Assembly: GCA_004764695.1 (NCBI GenBank)
Contig: SMSO01000010.1
Location: 61,454-125,453, forward strand
Reading direction: 5' to 3'
DNA from: Schizochytrium sp. TIO01
Lineage: Eukaryota; Protista; Bigyra: Labyrinthulomycetes
Length of the DNA: 64,000 bases
Part shown: positions 25,561 through 38,800 of the stretch, in pieces
How the letters are laid out: the number at the start of each line of letters is the position of its first letter
Position numbering within the stretch: position 1 is the stretch's first letter
The notes under the pieces: model-generated
Database searches by the model: none
Seen by the model: only the letters and a program-made list of their open reading frames with translations
What the model was told of the DNA's origin: nothing
Made by a program: the position numbers and the translations under genes

Positions 25561-28500
25561 CTGTACTGCACTGCAGCGAGCCATGATTTGATTACATTTA
25601 AATATTTAGCACATTTCATCCAAGAAGCTTAGTTTTGGTTGCCTGTTCGCGATTCTTCTATCATCCTTTCTCATCCTTTCTGTGGAGTGCCATGGACACA
25701 TGCTCAGGGTTCCCTGTATGGTTCCCCCGTGAAGAGAATACTAGGAACTCAATTCTCGGTAATCTTGAGATTACTGCTTTCACTTGAAGAAAGGATGGCA
25801 GAAAATCTGGACTCGAACGCGATCCAAGACGTGCATCGCGGCGAGGCTGTCTCATTCTTCTCGACGTGCCGCGGTTAACTGTTTTTAAAGGGAGTCAGTC
25901 TTCGAATATTGCGATCGCACTCAGCACAAGAAGATACAATGTGTATGTGACAAAGATACTTTGTCAGGAGAGCAAATGTGACTTGTATATAATAATAGAA
26001 ATTAAGATGAACACGGTTTTCGCAAGGATACATTATCATATCTCCTCAATTTGAACAATCCAATGGCCATCTGTCCTACTTTGAATCTCTTTTCCTTCCC
26101 CGTTGAGTTTGCGCTACTTGTCTGCTTTCCAAATTCTCCCTCGCGACTTTTCATTTCCAACTTTGTAATGGAGAGTTTGGATAAATATATACATAATACG
26201 TGGGCATCGCCGCCGCACGAGTTCGATTTAAGTAAAGGTTCCTCCCTCATCAGCGGCCGTCCGCGCCTCCGACGGGCATTCGGTGTATTCCTGTGACGAT
26301 TTGCTCAATCTCGCCAATCTTTTTCGCGCCATTCGATCGAATTCGAAGTCCAAGACTGCTTCGGAGGCAGACTTTCCAGTTGCTGATTGGGTACGCGGTA
26401 CTTTTAACGCGGTTTTCGCAGGACTTCTGTGCTGGCGAATCTCAATTCGATGGCCAAGTTGCTGCATTCAACGAATTGCAATTCGTCTGTTGCTTTTTTC
26501 GCAAGGAGTTCCGAGTCAGAACAGAACAGAACGGAACATAGAACACAGAACGCAGAAAACAGAAAAACAAGCATCATTTGGTTTGAAAAATTAAACATAA
26601 AACAATTAAAAAAGAAAGAGAAAAAGGAAATATTCAATCCTAAAGCTGATCGCAGAATTACATGTGGCCCTTTCCAGAGCGTGGCGGAATGAATCATTCA
26701 TTCAATGAATGAATGAATGAATAAATGAATAACCATTGATAGATTTCCAGAACAGAGGCAAACGAAGCACAAAGACCAGGCTGTTCTGGGTTGTTCAGAA
26801 GAATCTGTGGTGCTGGCTGGCTTGGTTGGCCTTGATTGCGAACTCGACTTAGAGGCGCGTTCTGTTTGGGCCATTCATTCTCTTGCGCCAACAACGGTTT
26901 TGAGACCTTCCTCTTCGACGGGTTTGGACTTCCCAACCATAGAAGCGCGAGTAACTAAGAGAAGAGAAGTTAGACCAGTATGCTAACTAATTCTGGAACC
27001 AGGCGCGAAAGCTTTGGAAAGGAAGGCCAAAGGTACTCCGCGGAGCCTATTGAGACGGCCGTGCTTATGAAGTTATGAAGCTGCAGCGCAGTTTTATCCT
27101 CCCCATTCGGAGCCTTCGAGCAAACTGAGATTTCTTCATATCGGTTCGTGTCCGAACCTCTCCACAAAGATTGCCGTTCAAGACAGAAATGCAATGCCGA
27201 GATCGGATGGGAACCCCAAAAATGGAATGAAATGTCACTGATCTTCATTCCCGAAGCTTTCTATGCTCTGCTGTCTATGAATGTTTATATGTATGTATGT
27301 ATCTTTTTACGGCGAATGATGTTGGTTCAATGAGAGTCCGAGCGTCAGCCAAACAAGGCTCTCCTTGCGCGTGGCTTTGGCGGCTGCGACACCTACGTTC
27401 TTCCAGCTTGCCACTATCTACGCTCTTTTTCTCTTTGCGCTGCTATTTTTTTAATATTCATTGATTAATGTTTTTTAGAAGTATACAAATAGTCTGAAAT
27501 AAGAAATTAAAAACGTTTTTTTTTTTTTTTTTTTTTTCTAATCACCCTTTTTCTTTTATAAATAAATAAATTGCGTTGAAGAAGAAAGAGAAAAGAAGAA
27601 GAAGAAGTTCGGTTTTTAGATCATTGCTCCACCTGCGCTTTCAGGGGGATTTAAAAAAAGTAAAGTTAATATATTATTTATTTATTTATTTATTCTAGAA
27701 ATGAAATTTAAGAACGAAACTTAATTGAATAGAAAGTGTGACCAAAATAATGAGATAGAGCAGAGTTTCACTTTTCCCTCTTTTTTTTTTTTTTTTTTTT
27801 TTTTTTCTCTCGCTGCCAATCAGCAATTAAAATAGCAAGCAGCGACTTTCTTCTGGGAACGCCTCTTGTTCAAACAACGTGGACCGCATGGCCTTTGCTT
27901 GAGCAGGCACGCCAGCCATGGCTCCGTACCCCTCAGTACTCCCGACCCTTGGGCCTAGTTCTGCTTAAACCAATTCAGTTCCATATTCTTCAGGACACCA
28001 CTATGCTGCATGCTGGTCTCAGGAAGAATAAACAAGATCAAGAACAACCTCAAGATAGGGGACAGGATAAGAAGGGTTCATAGCAGGGTATTAAAAAATA
28101 AGAATTACTGTTTTCGAATAAACTAAACTCACTTTAATTTTAAAGTGTATATAGATATATATATAAAGTGGACTCTTATCCTCTGAATTTTGAAGCAAAG
28201 AAAAGCGCGGATGGGCAGAATCCGCCTCTTTCCAAGGCCCTCGCATCTGAGCCGGCAGCTCATTCATCGCCCGTTGCGAACCAAACGCTGCGAACCGCGC
28301 AACTGCCGTCGAACAGCCCCGCAACCGCTTACACGTAGACTTTGGCCAGAGAGCGGTCGCCCTCGCTTATCCTGCCGCTTTCGGGGTCCCTCAAGAAAGA
28401 AAGAAACCAACCCAAGCAAGCAAGCAGGCAAGCCACGGCAGGTCTAAGCACAAGAACAATAACCAGCAGAATAACAAGCACGAGAACAAGAAAAGATTAC

Positions 28501-28850
28501 ACCGCGGCTCGTCCCTCAGTGCGTATCGCGCAAACAGCGTCGCGGTTTTCATTGCCTTTCTCCTTCTATGCCTTCAAGATCTTCGTCATCTTCATCTTCA
28601 TCGTCATCTTCATCTTCGTCTTCATCGTCATCTTCATCGTCATCTTTGGCTTCATCTTTGGCTTCATCTCCTCCGCTGTGCAGCATGCGCTGAGCGACCC
28701 TCGCAAAGTCGGGCGAAAAGGGCGCCCAAGGTATCGCAGAACGATTCTGGAGCTGCATAGCGAATAAGCCAATCGTGGAGGCCGGCTTCGGCGACTTGGC
28801 TGGCTTCGGGCGACGCGGTGAGCGACGTCGCTGGAGCCCGTCGCGGCCCA

Positions 28851-28949
28851 GGACGCTCAGCTCATGCTGGACGCTCAGCTCATGCTGGACGCTCAGCTCA
28901 TGCTGGACGCTCAGCTCATGCTGGACGCTCAGCTCATGCTGGACGCTCA
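28851..28949. repeat. 18-bp minisatellite GGACGCTCAGCTCATGCT x5.5
   Basis: Perfect tandem copies with no spacers. Confidence 0.95.
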
Positions 28950-31900
28950 CGCGGACCCCTGTGCCCGTTTGAAGGTCACTCTGTGACAGCGGCCTCGAGG
29001 GGACAAGCCTGAGCGGCAGAGCTTTCTGCTGCCGGGCGTGGACTTCGTGGAGAACTGCAGCAGCAGCAGCAGCAGCAGCAGAAGAAGAAGAACAACAAGA
29101 AGAAGTATTACGACTCCCGCGTCTTCGAAGCGGATCGACGCAGATCAGTGCAGCGACAGGCGACGATTGCAAGCGAGGATCTCGTGGCCAGCCAAGTGGC
29201 ATTGCAACAAGCAGCAGCAACAGCAATTCGGGGTTACAGAGAATCAAGAGGTGCTGAGCGCCGAGGAGCTGACTGCCAAACGGATGAATGAATGAATGAG
29301 TGAACGAATGAATGAATGAATGCGCAAAAGACGAACTTTGATGGACTCTAACTCACCCCGCGAGCTAGGCCTCGAAGCGAGTGGATAAGCGTGGATCCGT
29401 TGCAGGAGAGCGAGCTAGCTATTGAATACATTGTGGCAGGCGACGTGGGTGGATCTCTGGTGTGGCGAGAGCTAGATATTTTGTTGGTCCGTTCGCTCGT
29501 TCGCTCGTTGGTTTGTGCTGTTCTTGCTTCAGGAGGAGGGACTTCAGGAGAAGAGATCGCATTAGTAGTTGAGGGCCATCTCGATCTTGACTATCATGGG
29601 CGCGATCCCCGTTCTTTTAAGAACACGATGAGCACTCCTCCCAAAACTGGGATTTCCACAGGGGCGCCTTTATCGTCCTCCCTTTTAGTTTACCCTCATA
29701 GGAGTCGTTTATTCAACAACAGGGAACTTAAGTCTATCCTGTCATGAACATCAACATTTTTGGCAATTTTAATTTATCTATATATTACGTGCATTTATCT
29801 ATCTATTTAAACATTTATTTATTCAATTACTTATTTACTTATGCGAAGTTCGAGATTCTAGGACTTTCCTTTCCTCCTCCTTTTTTTTTTTTTTTTTTTT
29901 TCTCCCTTTTTTATTTTTCAAATAAAATAAACCTCAAGTATTTATTATTATTTTAAATTAAAATATTTCAAAAAAAGGGGGAAAAATGGGGAAAAAAGAA
30001 ACACGCAATCTTCCTCCTCGTTCCTAGTAAGCCTCCATCCGCATTCAATGCAAATACAAATGCAATGCAAATGCAATGCGATGCGAACACACTGACTGAC
30101 TGACTGGCTGACTTATACGGCGCAGCGCAGGACGACAGCTGATCGAAACAGACGAAGATAAGATATCTATGCGTGGCATGCGCCATTCAGAAGAGGCATG
30201 GAGATGCAATGGAGACGATCGGGTGCATGGAATCGCCGCCCTCTTCAGAACCCTCCGCAGAGGATCTGTTTCGGGGTGCCATCAAGCAGAGGCGCGGAGC
30301 CAAAAGTCATGCAGCGCTCCAGGCCTGGGCCCATCGACGAACTGAGTGACTGCCTGATTGCTCAGTCTGTCAGTCTGTGTGGCTGTCTGTCTGGCAGCCC
30401 ACATCGCCGCCGCCTCCAGGCCAGCGAGCGTACCAAGCTTGATCACGAAGAGCAGACAAAGTCAACGCGAATATCTCAGAACGAATGGAATGATGGATCC
30501 CCGTTCGCAGTGAGCGAGTGAGTGGGTGAGTGGGTGAGTGAGTGAGTGAGTGAATTCCCAGCTGTGCTTGTCTCGAGTGACTCCCAGGCCACGCTCATAC
30601 AAGTATGTCCTCCTTGCGGGTAAGAGGCCGATAGCGAGGCCTAGCGATCGGCCGGCTAGCGATCCGCTAGATACGCTTTGAAGGACCCTATTGAAAAAGT
30701 GGAGATGCACGTCGTTTGCGTGCTTCTTGATGGTGCTCATGGCGCTGGTCGTGGCGCCGGCATCGTTGAGCAGAGACGCACGAAGAGGATTACTGGGTAC
30801 GGTCGCTCTTTTTCAGTCTCGTGCAAGCACGCGATGGATGGGTGGATCGATCGATGGACGCATGGATGGAGAAAGAAATAGAAATAGGTGGATCAGATCA
30901 GCTTGCGAGTTCGATTTTGGGGGTTTTGAAACTCTTAGGTTCCTGCAGAAGTGGCGTCGCCTAGGACTTGCCTACCTTTTATTCGTAGCGACACCTATGT
31001 TCTGACCGCTTTAGAGGAGAGTGAAAGGGAAAGGAGAAATGACCATTCTGGAACACTTAGGAGTATTCCTATCTTTGTGGCTAATACCAGGACCACTGAA
31101 GAAGCCAGGGTGGGAAGTTTTATGCGAGTCGTTAAGGAAAACAACGCACTGTTACTAGCTATAGCTAGCAAGTAAGTTACTCAAGGGTTTCAAATAACCA
31201 AAAAAACAGCGATGCTTTTGTTATTGTGCGACGCAAACTAGGCATTTATTTCCCGGCTCTTATTCCGCAGCCCCCTGCATAGCGGCCTCCTACAAAGCCA
31301 AGTTATTTACTACAGCCACGGATGCCTAAGGCTCGCACCTCCACGGCCATAACCGCACGATCTTGGCCGGCCTGGCAGAACAAGCAGGCTCCTCTTGTTA
31401 TTGCTCTTGCTCTTGTTTGTTCTTCTCTAGAGACAGAGGTGGCGCTGCTTTTGCTTGCTCTGTGAGCGAGCTCGGGGTTTTTAAGTTCACGTTTGCAAGC
31501 ACGCCTTTCTTCCAGAACGGGTTATGAAATATGAATGAAAAAGTTTATCTTGATATACTTTTTAGTTATTAGAATACAATTCAATACAAGCTAATAAAAG
31601 TAGTAGGTAGGTGATTGATCATCAATAATAGCGGGTACCAAGGTAGTACCTGTAGCTAGGCGGGTAGTACTTAGATTATAACACGCAGTGGCTTTAGTCA
31701 GAGGTAATAACTTAAAGTGTTTGGAGAATGGTATAATTGCACTGGCTTGGGTTTAGTTTATTTAACGCATGTTTAGAGGTTTTTAACTTATTGGCTCGAC
31801 TGCAGGGAGTACTAAGGTAACAATTGAGCAGGGAACTTGGTTGGTGTGTGTTGGAATTGGGAAAAGGCCTTCAAATCCAGGCTTGGCAGATTGTGGTCCA

Positions 31901-33242
31901 ACGCTGCACGGACCAGCGGCGGTACGTGATAGAAGCGTGGCGGAAGCGGGTGCTTCTCGATCATCTGAATTGTTTATTGACAGCCGTTCCTCGCGTGTCG
32001 CTCGCAGCCAGTGCTTTTTGAGGTATGCAGAGAAGTTGAGCTTTCGTTCTGGTTTCTTGAAAATACCGCTCTTTTCTCTTTACCTTGACTAACGTCGCAA
32101 ACTGCGAAACTGAATGCGAAAACTAAGGACACCACTCTAGAAATTAATTGGACAAACCCTCTTTTCTTTTTTTGAAAGCCTACAGATCGCGGTTTTGTTT
32201 TGCTGTTTGGATGTACTTTTTATCAGATTTCGAGTTTTCGAAAAGTCCTGCGAAAAAAAAGTAAAAGCAGAAAGAACTGCTGACAAATCCAAAGAAAGCC
32301 GAAGAAGCAATGAAAGATGAGATTAGCCGTCCATTGCATAATCGGCGGTGGCTTTTAGCTTGCTGAGCCAATCACCCGCTGGCTGCTCGCTATTTCTCTC
32401 AAGCCTAACAAAACAGGTCTTCCGTAAGCATTCCGCCGTAGTACACTACCACCAGTAAACCTCCTTTACCATAAATTGTATCTGAAAATGTCATTTAAAA
32501 AAATAAACTTTCCTTTGTGAGAGCCCTCTTCGCATCTTTCTCCGTTCTTTTCCATTTTGTAAAAAAAACGCATGAAAATAATAATGACTTAATAAAATAT
32601 TAATACTGGTATAAAGACTCCAGCCGCTTTTAGTGAAATTCCGTCTCCTCCCATCGGCCTCCGTCTTCTTCTCTCAGCATCTTTCACCGTCCATCTGTTC
32701 AAAACCAAACAATCAGTAATATCGCACAGCAAAAATGCTTGACTGATCGATTGAATAAATAAATAAATCAATGAATGAATCATTCAATAAATGAATGAAT
32801 GAATCAATCAATCAATGAAGACCAAACTCTATGTTAGCTATCATACCCTAAAAGCCTAGCTAGGTGAAAAATAACTGCGAGGGAACCAGAAGAACCGAGA
32901 TCCCTCTGTCTCCAAGGACATCGAAGCAGATAGACGGACATAGACAGACAGACCTTGAGACCTTGAGACCTTGAGACCTTGAGACCTCCAGAGTGCTCCC
33001 TCCTCCTTCTGCTGTTATCGTTGTCGCACTCGTGCAGAGTGCATTCGTACAGATGCCGCCTGAAGCCGTGGCATGAGCCTGTCTGAGACGAGCTTGCATC
33101 GGCATGGACAGAGCGAGAGAGCGTGCGTGCGAGCTGGGACTTGGAGATGGCACCTTCGCTTTGAGCCATGAAGCTCAGGGCCTGGGGCGAGCTTAGAGAG
33201 CCCAGACACTGAGCCAGATGGAGAGACGGGCAGGAGAAAGAA

Positions 33243-33518
33243 GACATAAAGAGATAGAGACATAAGATGGATAAAGAGAGAAAGAGACATAAGATTGATA
33301 AAGAGATAAAGAGACATAAGATGGATAAAGAGAGAAAGAGACATAAGATTGATAAAGAGATAAAGAGAGAAAGAGACATAAGATGGATAAAGAGAGAAAG
33401 AGAAAAAGAGATAAAGAGATAAAGAGATAAAGAGATAAAGAGATAGAGAGAAAAAGAAATAGAGAGATAAAGAGATAGAGAGAAAAAGAGATAGAGAGAA
33501 AAAGAGATAAAGAGATAG
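33243..33518. repeat. Purine-rich (GA) minisatellite, ~27-bp units decaying into GAGATAAA 8-mers
   Basis: gagacataagatggataaagagagaaa / gagacataagattgataaagagataaa alternate. Confidence 0.85.
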
Positions 33519-33746
33519 ACTCCTCACGTTCGGGTTCATGGGCGTGGGAAGAGAAGGTCGCCAGAGAAACCTGCGAAGACAACCGCTGGGGAAGTCAAGC
33601 GTAACGGCCAGGACAGAGGCGGAGACTGGCGAAGACGCGCAGGGGCACGGCTCGGCTCGATTCTAATCCATTGAGTTTGATTGGATTCCGATTGATTTGA
33701 TTTGATTTGATTTGATTTGACTTTATTTTAAAAAAAAGAAAAAGAG

Positions 33747-33800
33747 TTTGAAGCATTTGAAGCATTTGAAGCATTTGAAGCATTTGAAGCATTTGAAGCA
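33747..33800. repeat. (TTTGAAGCA)6 9-bp repeat
   Basis: Direct read. Confidence 0.9.
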
Positions 33801-35783
33801 CTAGATTTGAAGGACTAGATTTGAAGGACTTAGACGGCATGCAGACGCGAAGAACGCAATGGAGATGAGCGCTTCGATGGATTGACTCGATGCGACTGCA
33901 CTTGGATGGAGGAAACTGCTCTTCGTTCGGGCAGCGGGCGAGGGTAGAGGTACCTACGTACCTGGTTGGACGAAGTCTCCCAGCGTCTTGTCGGCACGAA
34001 GCAGACACGGAGACCTTATCAGGACAGCTTGAACGCAGCGAAAACGAAGGAAGATTTAATCTACTCGGTTGTAATTCGAAGATCAACTGCACCAAAGAAG
34101 GTCTGGGGAGGGATTTCGCTCGGCTGTTCAGACGCTGCGTCTCGCCGCCTTACTCTATCGTACCCGTACCCCAACTTGTGGTTCTCTCCAGAAAAGAACC
34201 TTTGCAGCCGCTGCCAGCAGCGAAATTCAAAGCAGATGGTTCGCTTTGTTGAAGCCTGAAGAGTCCGAGGCTCCGAAGTAATGCTCGATTGAGCTCAAAC
34301 AATTCGGCCTCACTCGTTGCAATCTTACGGCAGATACGCGCTCTGCGAACCTCCTCTGCGACACTTGTAAGTCAACGCGTGATCTACTCGCAAAAAAAGC
34401 GACGTGCAAGATTATCAACATCACATCGAGAATGCCATGGTTCACCCGCATGCTTGGCCTCCAAATTCCTGCACATGGCACTTCTCAAAGCTGATGGAAG
34501 TGCTCCTTCTGCCAGGCAGACAGGAGCTCGGCGTAATTCCCATGTCGTGGTCTTCAGAAGTCGCGCACGAAGCTACAATTTGCGAGCACTCCTTCCAAGG
34601 GTGCCACTCCTCTCGCAAATGGTTTGGACTCGTTCACTGCATCTTGAACTTTGCTCCTCCATGACTCGGTCCGCGGCTTGTTCTTCAGAGCGAAGCGGCG
34701 AGCGACCTCTGATGACAACAGCCGCGAGACACGCGGCATATCGCAGAAGAGCATCTCAGCTCGACGCAGCAGAAGCTCGAGCCCGGCCTGAAGACTGGAT
34801 TTCGAAGAGGCCTTTGACAGGCAGGCAGGCAGGCAGCTCAGCTCGCCTTGCTTTAGAAAACCCAAGCCAGCAAACTACTCGAGGCCGGCTTGTTTACCAT
34901 ACGCTTGGGGTAGTAAGCTAAGCATCCTCGTGGGGCGAAGGACTCTAACGGCCCCAAACCAAGGTTCAAGCGCAGCCGACTTCAGGCGTGCCGCCCAAAG
35001 GTAGCGTGGAGCCCTCGAGTTCGCAAGATAAATAAACCCTTGCAAATTAGCGCTCCTTTTCTGCTCTGCTCTGCTCTGCTCTGCTCTGCTCTGCGCATAC
35101 ATCACAAGAGCCGCCGAAAGATAGTGCCAGCGAGGAAGGTCTCCAGCATGTACGTATCTAATCCAAGTGCAGACCAAATTTGCTATCTTGCCTGCCTGCT
35201 TGCTTGCGTTGCGTTGCGTTGCGTTGCGTGTCCACCCGTTCAAGCGCGTGGAAATGATGCGGTCAACGTTTTGGACGCTAAAGCGCGCCAGAGAGGATTC
35301 GCAGAGTATGATTCCCGCTCAAACAATTGTCAACTTCGGTGCGGCAGATAGAAATAAATACACGAACCGCCATCCGTCTGAAGACAGTGAGTGAGTACAT
35401 TTGCTCCTAACTAACTCACTAACTCACTGACTAACTCCGTCATAGATTGATTCTCCTCCACTCGGCACGGATTTAATTTAGAAGCGGTTGAGTGTTCTGG
35501 TCCATGGCCCATTCATTGCCTAATTCACGGACCAAAGCTGATTGGTGGAAAGGAATGGTGGATGCGAAGAACCCTCCTTTTCCTTTCCATTCCTTTCCTT
35601 TCCTTTCGCTTCGCCTTCGCAGAATTACACGGGCGGGAAGTAAGCCACTCGATGGCACCGGTCTCTCAAAGGGAAGGAGGCCAACCATGCCTTTGTAGGA
35701 TGCAGCTTCTGCAGCAAACTCAGCTTTTTGCCACTCGTGCATAAATTAGAGCTCGAGCTGCGAAATTGCAATATATTTTCGTG

Positions 35784-35815
<32 letters not shown>

Positions 35816-38800
35816 AAGAAGAAAAGTATTTTCATTGCGACTTAAATTCCGTTTTCCAGAAGAGGGAAAATATCTTGAACATCTTTTCATCTTTATTTGA
35901 ATTTAAAAAAAGGAAATATAAATAAATATAAATAATTTTTAAATAAAAAAAAGTAAAAATAATATTGGTATCAGCTTGAAAAGAAAAAAAGTAAAGGAAG
36001 CGCGAAGGGATCTCGCATATTGCGCAGCGTACCACAGTTCGTCATTAAGACCTGGTGCTAAAAAGTCCTTGATCATGTAAAAATGAAACTCTACTCTTTT
36101 CAAGACCCCTACGATGAAAGATATCTTTTAATCTTTCATACCCATGCAAACAAATCTCCACCCATTCGGGCCAACGCCTCAAAAGCTTCAGTCCAGTTCA
36201 CGCACTCGTCGCATAGGTACGCTTCACAGACGATTTAAAAGATGCATGAGGGCGTACAGACAACCAACTCTAAGTCCCTCCGCTTGGCAACTTGAATTCC
36301 TGGGCTTCATCTCCACTGCTAGACTTACCAAGTATGAATGAACTCTGAAAATGTAGTGGACTTCTTTTTACTATTTTTATTATTTATCATCGCCAACTGA
36401 AAGGGTTTCCTCCTCAGCTACCTCAAAAATAGAGAGGGACAACACATGTCATGTGTTTCTTGAAATTTAAAGTAAACTATTATATTCACTTATTTCTTTA
36501 TTATATTGAGAAAAGGTGAAATTTGAAGAAAAGGAGGGAAATGGTGCGTCTATAGTATTTGCGCATAGTTCAGACGAGAAAATGCTTTATTTGCGATGAA
36601 ACGCAATGAGGACGATCGATGATTGCCTTTTCTCGCTTTCCCTCTTCCTCAAGCTAGTGGCTGCGGGGCACTTGACTCAGCCAGTCCCTGAGCGGTTGCC
36701 GTTCCTGCCGTATATAACTCCATGAATCGATATGCTTAGAAGTACCTGAGTTGTTTACCTCCAACCAAGAACAAACTCAGCATCCATCAATATTGGCCGC
36801 TAAAAACGCAGCCTTTGAGAATATGCTAAATATACCATCGACAATTTTGTTGATGCTTTTTATTATTATTTCTTTATTTATAGCAAAAAGATGATTTAAA
36901 CTAAACTTTTTATTTCAAGAAAAAAGAAGTTATAAATATGAAGCAAAACACAAAGGAAAGCCGAGTTGAAAAGAATGGTGGAAATGAGGTATAGGACGAG
37001 AAGAGCCAAAAACAGATCATCGAAAAATGCTTCCTCAGCTTACAGCAGTCGAGAAGCGGTAACGGGCCTAGCTGCGTGCCTGCCTCTTTGTAGCCTCCCT
37101 CAGTAAATACGGATGTCTCGCTGACTGGCTGACTGGCTATTGATGAGCTGAGGAAGTGTTCCACTAAGGTGCTTTCGAAAGATTCATTCATTCATTCATT
37201 CATGAAATTAACATCGCTTAAATAATCATCGTTCAATTTCATTGGTTCCTTCGGGCGGCTGCCTATAGCTCAACGGGTCAGCGGGAATCTCTTCATTTAC
37301 TTTAATTCATTCATTCATTCATTCTTCCTTTCTTTCTTTCTTTCTTTTTCGTTTTCTTTTGTTTCGCTCTCTCGTTTTCTTGGTACTCGACCTTCTCAGT
37401 CTGTTGGTATTGGATTGAAAGTGAATGGGTTTACTCCGAGAGCCTTCCTTTTCTCACACAAGTAACTTATGACAACTTTCCTTACTCTCTCTTTTCCTTT
37501 CTTTCCATTCGAAGTGTCTCGCTTTTAAAAGTTCGGGTTTGCCAGTAGTTAGTGCTATCTGCCCGCCTACCCACAAAATTATCTTATAATGATTAAACAA
37601 ACAAAAATAATAAATAATAAAGCTCACTCTTTCTTCTTCTCTTTCTTTCCGCTGATCGAATTGGGGCGCCATCATTCACTCCATTGATGCGGAGTTTATT
37701 CTTTCTGCCGCAAAGGCGAAGCTTTCAAGGCGCTTCGAAGCAGCGTATTGTGCGAAACCAACCTCTCTCTCCAGTTCAGGCTGTTTACGGATAACTATGC
37801 AGTACATTCGCCAGAGCAAAACAAAAGTAAAACAAAAGTAAAGCAAAAGCAAACAAACAAGAGCGATCTAAGGACACGTGGCCCAAAGCCGAGTGAGTGA
37901 GTCGATGAAGAGAGAGAGAGAGAAAGCTTCCTCTGAAATGCCTTTGAACAAAATACTTCTTCTTTATCGTTGACATCATACTAATCCCAAAAAAACAGGA
38001 AGAAAGGAAGGAAACTAGACAGAAGAAAACAAGGTGATCTTTCTTTCTTTCTTTCGATTCATTCATCTCTCTTTGCCAAAGAGGCCTTACAAAGAAACAG
38101 CCAACGTCAACTCCGCATCATCGTCGATCGACCTGATTAAATAGAAGAAAGAACGGCATGCACAGCAGCGGCGGCCTCTGCGGCCTCTGCTGTCGTGGAC
38201 TCTCGCGTTCGCGAGGAGGCCCGCGTCCGCAGTACATCTATCTCCTACGGCGCGCGACCGCTGCGATAGATCGCGTTGAAGATTCTCGCTTCTGCCGGCT
38301 TAAGAAAGTGGCCGAGATAACGAGGGAGCGGAGAAGGAGGAGGAGGAGGAGCAGTCACGGCATTGAAAAGATGGCCAAAGATCCCTCGCAAAGAGAACAG
38401 CGATTCACAGACGGCTTAAAAGGAAGACGGCGGCTGCGAAGAGAGCGGTATGGATTCAAGTTGACGGAGGATTGATCACAGGGTTATGCACGGATGGCTT
38501 GCATCTTCCTACTGCTGTGCTCCCTTCATGCTGGTTGGGGCAATCGAACAGAAAAGCGAAGAAGAAAGCATGAACGGAGGAATTTTTAATTTTGATGAAT
38601 AAATAAATAAATAACTAGAATTAACAAATGTTTTAAAGGAATGAGCTATCTCGTGAAACCATCTCCAAGTTCGCTTTTCCTCGGGCTCCGGCAAATGGTG
38701 GAAATGAAGGGGAAAGCAACTAACTAGCTAGGAGACCGCGCTCGCAAAAGCGCCGTGATCAGATGGGCAGTTTCTGGCAGGCTGCGGCTATTTTGGTCTG

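Noticed and set aside
28851-28949. 18-bp direct repeats as a CRISPR-like array (also 6039-6115, 14808-14894)
   Set aside because: Head-to-tail copies without spacers, no cas genes, eukaryotic context.
34289-34921. 210-aa ORF (also 15073-15555, 13812-14357, 26002-26467)
   Set aside because: Mostly non-ATG starts, Arg/Ser-rich random composition, no domains.
15170-35550. Recurrent GCCAATC (CCAAT) boxes and TTCnnGAA heat-shock half-sites
   Set aside because: Counts by eye are near chance expectation for this length.
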